A stretch of DNA of 64,000 nucleotides from Candidatus Binatia bacterium (GCA_963666515.2 OY762897.2:4352001-4416000); one strand, 5' to 3'. Positions 39,979-51,830 are shown, numbered from the stretch's first letter. Numbers and translations are program-made. The notes: generated from the letters alone by a model not told the origin.

Positions 39979-41076
39979 CTATCGCGTGTCGCGTCTCATG
40001 CTGATGCTGATCAGCAGGCCCACGGCCACGAGCGTGGTGACCAGGGACGACCCGCCGTAGCTGATGAGCGGCAACGGGATTCCCACCACGGGCAGGAGGC
40101 CGGTCACCATGGCGATGTTGATGGTGAACTGCCAGAACAGGATGGCGGTCATGCCCGTGGCCAGCAGCACTCCGAAACGGTCCTGAGCGCGCCCCACCAC
40201 CCGGAGCGCGAGCAGGATCAGCAACGCGTACCCCGCCAGCAACGCCACGCAACCCGAGAACCCCCACTCTTCGGCGAATACGGAGAAGATGAAGTCCGTG
40301 TGCTGCTCGGGGAGAAATTCGAGCCGGTTCTGGCTGCCCTGAAGATATCCCTTGCCCCAGAGACGGCCCGAGCCGATGGCGATCTTGGACTGGCCCACGT
40401 GATAGCCGGCGCCGAGGGGGTCCGACTCCGGGTTCATGAAGGTCCAGATGCGCGTTTTCTGGTACGGCTTCAGGAACTGCCACCCGGCCGGCAGCGCGGC
40501 GATGGCGGCGAGGGTGAAGTACGCCAGGGAGCGCACGCGCAGCCCGGACATCACCACGACGCCCATGGCGATGAGGAAGATCAGCACGGCCGTCCCCAAG
40601 TCCGGTTGCAGCAGCACCAGCGCAAGCACCGGCGCGCACAGCATCAGGGGCACGCCCAGGGCCGTAAGCGAATATCCGGGCTCGTAGTAGCACAGCGTCT
40701 TGGCCAGCACGATCACGATCACGAGCTTGGCCAGCTCCGAGGGCTGAAACGAGAAGAAGTGAAGGTCCAGCCATCGCTGGGAGCCCCCGCTGATGACGCC
40801 GATGACCAGCACCAGGGCGAGCAGGATGACCACCGCGGCGTAGATGGGGTAAGCCCAGCGGTTCAGGCGCTGGTAGTCCACCGAAAAGGTCGCGACCATC
40901 AGCGCGAAGCCGATGGCGAGCCAGTAGGACTGCCGGGTGGCCAGGTAGCGCGAGCACTCTTCGTCGGCGCTGCAAGTGGCGCTGTAGATGGTCATGATGC
41001 CCAGCAGGGCCAGCCCGATGGACGCCAGGAACAGGGGCCAGTCGAAGCTGGTCACGAGCCGGCGGTCAATTTGCAT
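39979..41076 (-). CDS. rodA: Rod shape-determining protein RodA
   Basis: FQPSELAK, LQPDLGT, PEQHTDFIF, LPLISYGGSS; in the mre operon. Confidence 0.95.
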   Translation of the reverse strand: MQIDRRLVTSFDWPLFLASIGLALLGIMTIYSATCSADEECSRYLATRQSYWLAIGFALMVATFSVDYQRLNRWAYPIYAAVVILLALVLVIGVISGGSQRWLDLHFFSFQPSELAKLVIVIVLAKTLCYYEPGYSLTALGVPLMLCAPVLALVLLQPDLGTAVLIFLIAMGVVVMSGLRVRSLAYFTLAAIAALPAGWQFLKPYQKTRIWTFMNPESDPLGAGYHVGQSKIAIGSGRLWGKGYLQGSQNRLEFLPEQHTDFIFSVFAEEWGFSGCVALLAGYALLILLALRVVGRAQDRFGVLLATGMTAILFWQFTINIAMVTGLLPVVGIPLPLISYGGSSLVTTLVAVGLLISISMRRDTR

Positions 41077-42952
41077 GGTCCACCCGCGCGCGCCTCCAGT
41101 CGATGGGCGCCGCCGGCGACTCGTGGTCCCCGGTGTCGGCGCCTTTGGCGTGAAAGTAGGCCTCGATGACCTTCCTGGTGATGGGCGCCGCGGTGGCGCC
41201 GCCGTGTCCGCCGTGCTCCACCAGGGTCGCGACCGCGACCTCCGGCTCCCGGGCCGGAGCGTAGGCCACGAACCACGAGTGGTCTCTGTCCCGGTAAGGC
41301 AGGTCTTCGCTCTTGACGGTTTCGCCGCGCATTTCCACCACCTGGGCGGTTCCGGTCTTCCCGGCGATGGCGACGACCTCCGAGCGCGCCCGCTTGCCCG
41401 TGCCCCGCTCGCCGTGGACCACGTCGAAGAGTGCCCGGCGTACGACGGCCAGGTTCTCCCGTCTCAGGTCCACGGCGCCGGACCGGACCGGGCCGTATTC
41501 CTCCATGACCGCGCCTTCGGGCGACAGCAGCCGTTTCACGAACCACGGGCGGTACACCGTGCCGCCGTTGGCCACGGTGGCGACCATGCTGGCCATCTGC
41601 AGCGGCGTCACTCCGAGGTAACCCTGTCCGATGGCCACCATGGGGGTTTCGCCGCGGTACCAGGGATTGCCGAGGCGCCGTCTCTTCCACGCCCGGTCGG
41701 GAACCAGGCCTGGGCTTTCGCCGTCCAGCCCGATGCCCGTGGGCGCGCCGAGTCCGAAGCGCCGCGCGTGCCTGGCGATCCTGTCGACGCCCAGCCGGAG
41801 CGCCAACTGGTAGAAGTAGACGTCGCATGACTGCACCAGGGCCTGGTGCATGTCGACGTGGCCGTGTCCGTGCTTTTTCCAATCCCGGAGCTCGCGGTCG
41901 CCCACCTTGTACGTGCCGCCGCAGAACAGCTTCTCGCCGGGGGAGATGACGCCTTCCTGCAACGCGGCCAGCGCGGTGACGATCTTGAACGTCGAGCCCG
42001 GCGGGAAGTGACCCTGCAACGCCCTGTTGTGCAGCGGGGTTTCGTCGTCGGTGGTCAGCCGGCGCCACTCCTCCGGCGTCATGCCGCGCGCGAACGAGTT
42101 GGGGTCGAACGCGGGAGTGCTCACCAGCGCCAGCACGGCGCCGGTGTTGACGTCGAGGACGACGATGGCGCCCTCCTTGTCCTGGAGGGCGTCGTAGGCC
42201 ACCTGCTGGACGTCCATGTCGAGGGTCAGCACGACGTTGTGGCCCGGGGTCGCATCGCGTCGATCGATGGTGCGGACCTTGCGGCCGGTGGCGTCGACCT
42301 CGACCCTTTCTCCTCCGCTCCGGCCGGCCAGGCGCCCCTCCCACCTCTTCTCCAGTCCGGTCTGCCCGATCTCGTCCCCGCGCCGGTAGCCCTTTCGGTG
42401 GAGGCGCCGCAACTGCTCGGCGTTGATCTGCCCCAGGTAACCGAGCAGGTGGGCCGTCATCCCCTCGGTCAGATAGCTGCGCCGCGCCTTGACGCTGACG
42501 TAAACCCCGGGGAGGTCCAGCCGATGGGTCTCCACCGCCACCACGGACGGCCAATCCACGTCGCGGACGAGCGTGACGCCTTTCGATCCCTTGCCGTGCC
42601 GGACGGCGTCCAGGAACCGTTCGCCGTCGCCGTCGACCATGGCCGCGAGGCGTTGCAGGGTGACTTCCCGGTCACGGGAGTCGCCGGGCAGGTAGCGCAG
42701 GTCGAAGGACGGCCGGCTGTTGATCAGAAGCCGGTGTTTCCGGTCGAACACCATGCCGCGGACCGCGGGGATGCGCTCCAGGCGGATGCGGTTGTCTTCG
42801 GACATGACGGTGTAGCGGTGGCCCTGCAGGATCTGCAGGGTCCAGAGGCGGTACGTCAGGAAGGCGAAAACCAGCAGGACCAGCAGCGCGAAGAAGCGCG
42901 TTCGCCCGCGGAACTCCGTCAGGGTTCGGGAGTTGGACCTACGAGGGTGCAT
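41066..42952 (-). CDS. mrdA: Penicillin-binding protein 2
   Basis: PPGSTFK (SxxK), SCD, AGKTGTAQ. Confidence 0.95.
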   Translation of the reverse strand: MHPRRSNSRTLTEFRGRTRFFALLVLLVFAFLTYRLWTLQILQGHRYTVMSEDNRIRLERIPAVRGMVFDRKHRLLINSRPSFDLRYLPGDSRDREVTLQRLAAMVDGDGERFLDAVRHGKGSKGVTLVRDVDWPSVVAVETHRLDLPGVYVSVKARRSYLTEGMTAHLLGYLGQINAEQLRRLHRKGYRRGDEIGQTGLEKRWEGRLAGRSGGERVEVDATGRKVRTIDRRDATPGHNVVLTLDMDVQQVAYDALQDKEGAIVVLDVNTGAVLALVSTPAFDPNSFARGMTPEEWRRLTTDDETPLHNRALQGHFPPGSTFKIVTALAALQEGVISPGEKLFCGGTYKVGDRELRDWKKHGHGHVDMHQALVQSCDVYFYQLALRLGVDRIARHARRFGLGAPTGIGLDGESPGLVPDRAWKRRRLGNPWYRGETPMVAIGQGYLGVTPLQMASMVATVANGGTVYRPWFVKRLLSPEGAVMEEYGPVRSGAVDLRRENLAVVRRALFDVVHGERGTGKRARSEVVAIAGKTGTAQVVEMRGETVKSEDLPYRDRDHSWFVAYAPAREPEVAVATLVEHGGHGGATAAPITRKVIEAYFHAKGADTGDHESPAAPIDWRRARVDHAN

Positions 42953-43463
42953 TGACGAGGGAAGACGGCTTTCTCACGGTTTCCATGCGCGTCTGTATGG
43001 AGCGGAGCACCAGGAACAGCAAGGGCGCGATGCACGCGGAGAACAGGGCTTCCCGGAGTATGGCGTCGGCAACCACGACCCAACTGCCTGCGGACAACTC
43101 GAACAGCGGGGAAATGACGATCAACGTGGCCACTTTCAGCCACACGGCGACGAACACGGTCAGGGCGCTGACCAGGGGCCCGCTGGCCCATATGTAGCGG
43201 AAGACCACGTATACCGCCAGGAAGACCGCGGAGAAGGCGAGGGCGTTCACACCCGGTTGGGGGCTCGAAAGGATGTCGATGGCGTATCCCAGCAGGAACG
43301 TCGCCCAGACGGCTTCCGCCCGAGGGTGGTTGAGCGCCCAGTAGACGCACAGGATCAGGGTCAGGTCGGGGATGATGGGCGTCCAGCTTGCCAGGTGCAG
43401 GACCGTGGACTGCAGGACGACGAAGACCAGGCCGATGCCGAAGAATACCAGCGACACGTTCAT
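42939..43463 (-). CDS. mreD: Rod shape-determining protein MreD
   Basis: Hydrophobic, PDL motif, lies between mreC and mrdA. Confidence 0.85.
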   Translation of the reverse strand: MNVSLVFFGIGLVFVVLQSTVLHLASWTPIIPDLTLILCVYWALNHPRAEAVWATFLLGYAIDILSSPQPGVNALAFSAVFLAVYVVFRYIWASGPLVSALTVFVAVWLKVATLIVISPLFELSAGSWVVVADAILREALFSACIAPLLFLVLRSIQTRMETVRKPSSLVNAPS

Positions 43464-44323
43464 GGCGTGGGCGTTTTCTCCAGGCTCTCCCTCCGCACGG
43501 ACGAAACCGCGGGTCGCGGTCTGTCGGAGATGAAGAGCACCTCTTCCATCACCAGCGGGTCTACGGCCAGTGAGACGCGAACCCGCTGGAAAAGCCCGGG
43601 ACCGTCATCCGCGACGTCCACGACGGTGCCCACCAGAAGCCCCTTGGGAAACGTGCCGTCCAGTCCCGAGGTGATGAGCCGGTCGCCGGGACGGACGTCC
43701 TCGTTGCGGCCCATGTACTTCACGATGGGCTCTCCGTCCACCGACCCGGAGACGATGCCGCGCACCCGGGTCCGTTGCGTGATGATGTCGAGCCCGCTCT
43801 TGTGATCCGTCAACAGCATCACCTTGGCGGTGTCGTCGTCCACCGAGACGACCTTGCCGACGACGCCTCTCGGCGTGATGACCGCCATGCCCTGGTGGAT
43901 GCCGGCGGCCGTGCCCTTGTCCACGGTGATGGTGCGGAACCAACTGCTGGCGCTGTTGCTGATCACCGTGGCCGCCACGGACTCCCTCAGTATCCGCGTT
44001 CGGATCTCCAGAAGCTCGGTCAGGCGGTCGTTGGCGAGCTTGGCTTCGAAGAGGCGGTTTCTCTCCGCCTCGAGGACGGCGACCTGCTCCTTCAGGGCCT
44101 GGTTCTCGTTCCAGAGATCCTGGAAGGCGACGTAGTGGAGCTGCAGGTTGCGTATGGCCGCGCCCAGGGCGTGGAGCGATATCTGAAGCGGTCTGACGGA
44201 TTGAGACAGGAGCCTGGTAACCGCGTCGCCCTTGTCGGGAGAGGTGGACGAGACGGTGACGACGTAGAACGCCAGGCCCAGAGCGCACAGGCAGTGGACC
44301 GGGATCCGGTACCGCCGCAGCAT
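43460..44323 (-). CDS. mreC: Rod shape-determining protein MreC
   Basis: Coiled coil, TITVDKG, GVVGKV, GDRLITSGLDGTFPKG. Confidence 0.92.
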   Translation of the reverse strand: MLRRYRIPVHCLCALGLAFYVVTVSSTSPDKGDAVTRLLSQSVRPLQISLHALGAAIRNLQLHYVAFQDLWNENQALKEQVAVLEAERNRLFEAKLANDRLTELLEIRTRILRESVAATVISNSASSWFRTITVDKGTAAGIHQGMAVITPRGVVGKVVSVDDDTAKVMLLTDHKSGLDIITQRTRVRGIVSGSVDGEPIVKYMGRNEDVRPGDRLITSGLDGTFPKGLLVGTVVDVADDGPGLFQRVRVSLAVDPLVMEEVLFISDRPRPAVSSVRRESLEKTPTP

Positions 44324-44453
44324 CGTGGCGGCCACGAACCGGACTTTGCTCGACCGGGTGTCCGGCGGGTTGGACTTGGAGAGTTGCTGCGTCGACCGTC
44401 GCGAGTCCGCAGTTCTCCCTGTTCTGGCTGCGGGCACGTGTAACTTGTCCCTT

Positions 44454-45533
<1,080 letters not shown>

Positions 45534-45700
45534 TCAGAAGTCGAATGATGGTACAACAAACCGGAGATGACGCGCCGCCCCTGTTCGGCGGGGTCGCCGC
45601 CCTTCACTTAATCACGACGGGTACCTATAATGGTGTCCGGTTCGCAACCGTGCGCGGGCATGGTTGCGAACGAGAGCCGTGCATCGAGGAGCGTTCGAAC

Positions 45701-47599
45701 ATGCTTGACGTGCTGCGAAAGAGAAAACGGTCGTGGATCGTGCTGCTGTTGCTTGGGATCGGCGTGCTGGCCTTCGTCATGGTCGGGGTGGGCCCCCAGG
45801 GAGGACAGGAGCGGGTGGTGACCATCGCCGAGGTCAACGGGGAGAAGATCACCTACACCGAGCTGGAGCGGCAATACTACCGGATGCTTCAGACCTACCG
45901 GCAACTGGCCGGGGGGCGGCTCTCGCCCGCCGACCTGGAGGCGCTCAACCTCAGGGGCCAGTTGCTGGAGGAGTTGATCCAGCAGCGGCTGTTGTTGCAG
46001 GCGGCCCAGGAACTGGGGCTCCACGTCACCGATGACGAGCTGGCGCAGGGGATCGCGCGCAACCCCGCGTTCCAGTCCGGAGGCCGGTTCGACAGGAACG
46101 TCTACGAGTATGCGCTCCGGGGACAGGGACTGACGCCCGGGGAGTTCGAGGCCCGGCAGCGCGAGGCCCTGACCATCCAGAAGCTCCAGGACCTGATCCA
46201 GCACTCCATCCCGGTTACGGCCGCGGAGATCGAAGATCGCTACCGCGTGGACAACGAGGAGATCGCGCTGGATTTCGTCAGGCTCAAGACCGATGACTTC
46301 GTCGAGGGCGTCGAGGTCGGCGACGAAGAGATCCAGGCCTACTACGACGGCAACGGCGCGCTCCTGCGGGAACCGCTCAAGGTAAAGGCGCGGTACGTGG
46401 CGTACCGCGTGGAAGATTTTTCCGCCGGCGTCGAGGTTTCCGACGAGGACGTCCAGGCCTACTACGACGTCTACCGCGACCGCCGGTTCCGCCGGCGGGA
46501 GGCGGTGAGGTTCAGCCAGATCCATCTCCCCGCGCCGGAAGGGACCGCGCCGGAGGACAGGGAGGCGGCGCACAGGCAACTGGAAGACGTGCTGGAGCAG
46601 GCCCGGTCGGGCGCCGACTTCGCCGAGCTGGCCAAACGGCACTCCAGGGACGAGAGCGCGGCGCAAGGCGGCGACATGGGATTCGTCACCCGCGGTCAAC
46701 TGGTGCCGTCGCTGGACGCGGCGCTCTTCGCGCTGAAGGAGGGCGAGGTGAGCGACGTCGTCGAGAGCGCGCTCGGGCTGCACCTCTTGAAGGCGGTGGA
46801 GAAGCAGGAGGACGAGGTCATGGACCTCGAGGAGGTGAAGGAGCAGATCGTCGAGGCTCTCAGGCGTGAACGCGGCTCCGCCAGGGCGGCGCGGGCGGCG
46901 GAGGAAGACCGCGAGAGTGTCCTGGACGGCGCGCCGCTGACGGAGGTCGCGTCGAAACGGGGGATCGGGTTGTCGGAGACGGACCTGTTCAGCGCCGGGG
47001 AGACGCTCGACGAGATCGGCGACGTGGAGGACTTCTACCGCGCGGCCCTGTCCCTCAAGCCGGGCCAGGCAGGTCCCATCATCGCGACCCCCGACGCGCT
47101 GTACCTCATGGACGTCGTCCGGCGGATCGAACCCGCGGTGCCGCCCCTGGAGGACGTGAAGGACGGTATCCGGGAGACCCTGGTCCGCCGCAAGGCGCGG
47201 GAGCGCGCGCAAGAGAAGGGAGACGAGCTTCTGGCGGAGCTCAAGGCGGCGCCGGACCTCGCAAAGGTGGCGGCGGCTCACGGGCTCAAGGTGGAGGACA
47301 CCGGACTGTTTCCGCGCGGCCAAGCCGGGATTCCCGAGATCGGGCTTCTCCCCCTGCCCCTGGGACGGCTCACCGTGTCCGAGGAGAAGCCGGTGGTGGA
47401 GACCGCCTACCTCCAGGACGACGCGGTCTACGTCATGGTGCTGAGGAAGACCGTCGAGGCCGACCCGGCCCACTTGGCCGGGGAGAAGGAAGATTTGGCG
47501 CGGCAACTGCGCAACGAGAAGGGGCAACGGGCTTTGAGACGGTTGATCGAGAACCTGAAGGCCGACGCCGAGATCGAGATCCATCCGGAATTCATCTGA
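45701..47599 (+). CDS. PpiD-like periplasmic chaperone (SurA N-terminal plus parvulin)
   Basis: N-terminal TM, IAEVNGEKI, GADFAELAKRHS, GGDMG, SDVVESALGLHL. Confidence 0.85.
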   Translation: MLDVLRKRKRSWIVLLLLGIGVLAFVMVGVGPQGGQERVVTIAEVNGEKITYTELERQYYRMLQTYRQLAGGRLSPADLEALNLRGQLLEELIQQRLLLQAAQELGLHVTDDELAQGIARNPAFQSGGRFDRNVYEYALRGQGLTPGEFEARQREALTIQKLQDLIQHSIPVTAAEIEDRYRVDNEEIALDFVRLKTDDFVEGVEVGDEEIQAYYDGNGALLREPLKVKARYVAYRVEDFSAGVEVSDEDVQAYYDVYRDRRFRRREAVRFSQIHLPAPEGTAPEDREAAHRQLEDVLEQARSGADFAELAKRHSRDESAAQGGDMGFVTRGQLVPSLDAALFALKEGEVSDVVESALGLHLLKAVEKQEDEVMDLEEVKEQIVEALRRERGSARAARAAEEDRESVLDGAPLTEVASKRGIGLSETDLFSAGETLDEIGDVEDFYRAALSLKPGQAGPIIATPDALYLMDVVRRIEPAVPPLEDVKDGIRETLVRRKARERAQEKGDELLAELKAAPDLAKVAAAHGLKVEDTGLFPRGQAGIPEIGLLPLPLGRLTVSEEKPVVETAYLQDDAVYVMVLRKTVEADPAHLAGEKEDLARQLRNEKGQRALRRLIENLKADAEIEIHPEFI

Positions 47600-47607
47600 C
47601 GCGCCAC

Positions 47608-48228
47608 ATGCAGATCTTCCTGCTACGTCACGGCGAGACCCGCTGGAACCGGGAGGGCCGATGCCAGGGGAGCTCGGACATCGAGTTGAACGAGGCCGGC
47701 CGCCGGCAGGCCGGCGAAGTCGCCGCGCACCTGAGCCGCGGCCGCATCGATGCGGTCTACTCCAGCCACCTTCGGCGCGCCCATGAGACCGCGGAGATCG
47801 TGGGCGAGCCCCACGAGGTCGCGGTGAACGTCGAGCCCGACCTGCGCGAGCTGGACCACGGCGAGATGGAAGGCATGACCTTCGTCGAGGTGCGGGAGAG
47901 GTTCGCGGGGCTGATCGAACTGTGGCGCTCGCAGCCGTTGGCGGTGGTGCTCCCGGGAGGGGAGCGCCTGATCGACGTGGACCGGCGGGCCTGGTCCGCG
48001 CTCAACCGCATTGTCGAGAACCACGACGAGGGGGACCGCGTCGTCGTGGTCAGTCACACCTTCCCCATCGTTTCCATATTGTGCAGGATCAGCCGGACCT
48101 CGCTGAACCATTACCGCACCTTTCACCTGAAACCCTGCGACTTCAGCCACGTGAGCTTCACGCGGGCGGGGGGCTGGGAGATCCGGGAGGCGGTGGCCAC
48201 ACCCTCGCAGGTTCGCGAGTCGGCGTGA
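47608..48228 (+). CDS. Histidine phosphatase family protein
   Basis: LLRHGET, SSHLRRA, VVVSH. Confidence 0.9.
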   Translation: MQIFLLRHGETRWNREGRCQGSSDIELNEAGRRQAGEVAAHLSRGRIDAVYSSHLRRAHETAEIVGEPHEVAVNVEPDLRELDHGEMEGMTFVEVRERFAGLIELWRSQPLAVVLPGGERLIDVDRRAWSALNRIVENHDEGDRVVVVSHTFPIVSILCRISRTSLNHYRTFHLKPCDFSHVSFTRAGGWEIREAVATPSQVRESA

Positions 48229-48242
48229 GAAAGGAGGATTCC

Positions 48243-48629
48243 ATGAGAATCGTTCACACCATGATTCGGGTCAAGCACCTCGACGAGAGCCTCAAGTTCT
48301 ATTGCGACGGATTGGGGATGAAGGTCCTGAAGCAGAAGGACTACGAGTCCGGGCGCTTCACCAACACGTTCGTGGGTTACGGCTCCGAGGAGGACAGCGC
48401 GGTCATCGAGCTGACCTACAACTGGGACACCCACGAGTACGACCTGGGCGACGGCTTCGGCCACATCGCCATCGGCGTGCCCGACGTGCACGCCACCTGT
48501 GACGACCTGCGGCAGAAGGGGGTCAAGATCACGCGCGACGCGGGTCCCATGAAGCACGGCGGCGGGGTCATCGCCTTCATCGAGGATCCCAACGGCTACA
48601 AGATCGAGCTGACGACGCGGAAGGAGTAG
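48243..48629 (+). CDS. gloA: Lactoylglutathione lyase
   Basis: HTMIRV, IELTYNW, FGHIAI, FIEDPNGYKIEL. Confidence 0.93.
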   Translation: MRIVHTMIRVKHLDESLKFYCDGLGMKVLKQKDYESGRFTNTFVGYGSEEDSAVIELTYNWDTHEYDLGDGFGHIAIGVPDVHATCDDLRQKGVKITRDAGPMKHGGGVIAFIEDPNGYKIELTTRKE

Positions 48630-48649
48630 GGGGTTTGAGGCCTCTTCGG

Positions 48650-48677
48650 GTAGGGGCGACCGGCCGGCCGCCCCTAC
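48650..48677. repeat. GTAG-type REP-like palindrome between convergent genes
   Basis: GTAGGGGCG-ACCGGCCGGC-CGCCCCTAC; first 9 nt identical to 1149-1157. Confidence 0.6.
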
Positions 48678-48701
48678 GTGCGTCTACCGCGGCTTGAAAT
48701 T

Positions 48702-49631
48702 CTATATCCGAAGCAGCTTGCGCGAGGTCCGCTCCTGGGCGGAGCGGACCTCCGCCGCGTTCTCCTGCTCGTCCACCACCGCCAGCGCCCTCTTGAGAGG
48801 GCCGAGTCCGCCGCAGTAGTCCGAGCCGAAGACCACGCCGCCGGAGCCCATCACGTCGGTGAGAAAGGGCAGGGCCTTGGGCCTGACGCTGGCGGTGTCG
48901 ATGAGGAAGTGATCGAGGAAGATGTCGGAGTAGCGCTTGTCGCCGTCCGGTCCCCTGTGCTTCCAGGACATCCTCTGCACCAGCAGGGGGATGCCGCCGC
49001 CGCCGCTGCGTATCACTACGTGAAGGTTCGGATGGCGGTCGAAGACGCCGCCGGCGATCATGCGCATCACGCACTCGTTCACGCTCGCGTCCGACAGCAC
49101 GGCGTAGGACACCCCGGCGCCGCCGTCCTCCAGCCGCTGGAGGGTCGGGTCCTTGGCGTTGCCGCTGCCGTGCAGGAACAGCGGCAGGCCGAGTTCCGAC
49201 ACCTTGGCGAAGATCGGGTCCAGCTCCGGCAGGTCCACCTTCATCTCGCCGTCCACCCGAGGGTAGATGAGCACGGCCTTGAAGCCGCGGGCGGCCATGC
49301 GCTCGATCTCCTCCACCGAGTCTTCCACGTTCTTGAGCGATAGCGCGGTGATGCCGCCGAACCGGTCCGTGTGGCCGCCGATGCGCTCCGCCAGCACGTC
49401 GTTGGACAGGCGCGCCATCTCCATGGCGTCCGCGGCCTCGAGCTGGTCGGCGTCCTCGCTGGCGCCCTGGCAGACGAGTTGGTAGTCGATGCCCGCCTCG
49501 TCCAGCTCGGTGAGCCGCTTGTCGAAGTTGGCCGAATCGTAGTCGTCGACCTTCGGCGCCTTCCCGGCCTTCTGTCGAAACGCGTTCACCAACTCCGGAG
49601 CGGTGTGGTGTGAGTGCCAGTCGATGAGCAT
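48702..49631 (-). CDS. Amidohydrolase_2 family protein
   Basis: IDWHSH, LFLHG, FDRHPNL, VFGSDY. Confidence 0.85.
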   Translation of the reverse strand: MLIDWHSHHTAPELVNAFRQKAGKAPKVDDYDSANFDKRLTELDEAGIDYQLVCQGASEDADQLEAADAMEMARLSNDVLAERIGGHTDRFGGITALSLKNVEDSVEEIERMAARGFKAVLIYPRVDGEMKVDLPELDPIFAKVSELGLPLFLHGSGNAKDPTLQRLEDGGAGVSYAVLSDASVNECVMRMIAGGVFDRHPNLHVVIRSGGGGIPLLVQRMSWKHRGPDGDKRYSDIFLDHFLIDTASVRPKALPFLTDVMGSGGVVFGSDYCGGLGPLKRALAVVDEQENAAEVRSAQERTSRKLLRI

Positions 49632-49869
49632 GGGTTCCTCCGTGGCGCCGGCCCAGTGGTCCGGCGATGTCCAGGCGGGGATTATAGGCCCCGATAGCGG
49701 AGCCGGTCAATGATCGTAGTGCGGAATGGCCACCCACCTGCCGGCGAGTGGCGCCAACGCGGGTCGATTTGACTGGTTTTCGCCGTTGGGCTAATCGTGG
49801 AGCAACATCACGCAAGCCCGGTAAACGCACGGTGTGTGCGCGCCGACGGGCTGTCCGGGAGGAACTTTC

Positions 49870-50718
49870 ATGCCCACCGCTTCCATCGACGGTATCGAGA
49901 TATACTACGAGACCTATGGCTCCGGGACGCCGCTCCTGATGCTCGCGCCGGGAGGGTTCGACTCCACCATCGAGAAGTGGCGCGTGGCCAGCGCCTGGAC
50001 CGGCATTGACGCCCTGGCCAGACTCGGTACGGAGCATCAGGTCATCGCCTACGACCGGCGCGAGGCGGGGCAATCAGGCGGGCGGGTGGAGCGCTTGACC
50101 TGGACCGCGTACGCCCGCGAAGGCAAGCAGCTCCTGGACCATCTCGGCATCGACTCGGCCTTCGTCATGGGGGGATGCATGGGCTGTTCGGTGGCCCTTT
50201 CCTTCGGCGTCAACTATCCGCAGGCGACCCGCGGCATGATCCTCCACTGGCCTGTGGGCGGGTACCGCTGGAAGACGGCGAGCCAGGCGCGCTTCGCCGC
50301 GCACCTGGACTTCGTGCGCGAGAACGGCATGCAGGGCGTGGTGGACCGGGCCTCCAAGGGGACCACCTTTTGGACCGACCCCGAGTCCGGCCCCTGGGCC
50401 TCGGTCATCGCCCGGGACGGCGCCTTCGCCGAGCGGTTCGCGGCCGAAGACCCCGAGCGCTACATGGGCATCATCGCCACCAGCGGCCCCGACCTGTTCG
50501 ATCGCGACACCGCCACCGGCGCCACGCCCGAAGAGGTCATGGGCATCAAGGCGCCGGCCGTCATCATGCCCGGCGACGACCCGTCCCACGCCACCTCGGG
50601 CGCCCACTACCTGCGCGAGTGCCTGCCCAACGGCGAGTTCTGGAACGTCATGCCGCCGGAGCAGACCACCGAGAACGTCTGCGACCGGGCGCTGGAGTTC
50701 ACCCGGGCGCACGGGTGA
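49870..50718 (+). CDS. Alpha/beta hydrolase
   Basis: IYYETYGSG, YDRREAGQS, nucleophile elbow GGCMG (Cys at the usual Ser position). Confidence 0.8.
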   Translation: MPTASIDGIEIYYETYGSGTPLLMLAPGGFDSTIEKWRVASAWTGIDALARLGTEHQVIAYDRREAGQSGGRVERLTWTAYAREGKQLLDHLGIDSAFVMGGCMGCSVALSFGVNYPQATRGMILHWPVGGYRWKTASQARFAAHLDFVRENGMQGVVDRASKGTTFWTDPESGPWASVIARDGAFAERFAAEDPERYMGIIATSGPDLFDRDTATGATPEEVMGIKAPAVIMPGDDPSHATSGAHYLRECLPNGEFWNVMPPEQTTENVCDRALEFTRAHG

Positions 50719-50786
50719 CGCTCGGTGCCCGGTCCCCCGGATACGTTGACGCGTTGATGGGACCGGACGCCAGGGGGCCGCAACTC

Positions 50787-51830
50787 ATGGCGTTGTTCAT
50801 CAAGGCCGAAGATCTCCAGGGCCTCATCTCCATCACCGAGGCCGTCGAAGCCGTGGAGAAGGGCTTCGCCTCACAGGCGGACCATCCCATCTTCAGCCTT
50901 CCGCGTCAGCGGATGCTGGCGGACAACCGCCGCATCACGGTTCATTCCGGGGGATGCGTGCCCCTGGCCGTGGCCGGGACCTTCGTGCACTACGAGCGCC
51001 ACAACTACACCGCCGATGACCAGAGCTACGGCGCGGTGGGGAAGCGGGTCTACGTCGCCTACGACAGCGAGACCGGCGCGCTGCTGGCCATCATCGCCGG
51101 CTGCCCGCCGTTCTACCGGCGCCATGCCGCGGAGGACGAGTTCGCCACCGAGACCGCCATCACCAGCGCGGTCGGCACCCGGCGCATGGCCCGGGAGGAC
51201 GCCCGGGTGCTGGGTCTCTACGGCACCGGCCGTCAGGCCCGGCGTCACGTGGAGGCCATGTGCGCCGTCCGGCCCATCACCGAGGTCAAGGTCTACAGCC
51301 GCAGCGCCGACAACCGGCGCGCCTTCTGCGAGACCATGCAACCCTTCGTGGACGCGGAGATCAGGCCGGTGGAGCGGCCCGAGGACGCGGCCGGGAACGT
51401 GGACCTCATCGTCTGCGCCACCGGCAGCAACTTCCCGGTGGTGTTCGGGCAGTGGCTGGAGGAGGGGGTCCACGTGACCTCCATCGTGGGCAGCAACAAG
51501 GAGTTGCTGATGGAGGGGCTGGTGAGCCGCCCGCGGCGCGAGCTGGACGACGAGGTGCTGGCCCGGGCCGACGTCATCGTGGCGACCCTGGTGCAGCAGG
51601 GCATCCAGGACGAGCAGGGCGACCTGCTGGAGCCCGTCCGCAACGGTGTGATCGCCTGGGACGACGTCAAGGACCTGAGCGCGCTGGTGACCGGGAAGGT
51701 CCGGGGACGCCGGAGCGACCGCGACATCACCCTGTTCAAGCAGAACAGCGACCAGGGCGTGGGATACATGGCTTTGGCGCGGCTGGCCCACGACAAGGCC
51801 CGGGCGGCCGGCATCGGGATGGAGTTCTGA
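50787..51830 (+). CDS. Ornithine cyclodeaminase/mu-crystallin family protein
   Basis: YDSETGALLAI, GTGRQA, VYSRS, RELDDE, ITLFK. Confidence 0.85.
   Translation: MALFIKAEDLQGLISITEAVEAVEKGFASQADHPIFSLPRQRMLADNRRITVHSGGCVPLAVAGTFVHYERHNYTADDQSYGAVGKRVYVAYDSETGALLAIIAGCPPFYRRHAAEDEFATETAITSAVGTRRMAREDARVLGLYGTGRQARRHVEAMCAVRPITEVKVYSRSADNRRAFCETMQPFVDAEIRPVERPEDAAGNVDLIVCATGSNFPVVFGQWLEEGVHVTSIVGSNKELLMEGLVSRPRRELDDEVLARADVIVATLVQQGIQDEQGDLLEPVRNGVIAWDDVKDLSALVTGKVRGRRSDRDITLFKQNSDQGVGYMALARLAHDKARAAGIGMEF

Noticed and set aside
37442-40975. Long overlapping ORFs (1177 aa here; also 37984-41169, 29935-32754, 34944-37577, 86-1450)
   Set aside because: They overlap clearly identified genes; stop-codon scarcity at high GC explains them.
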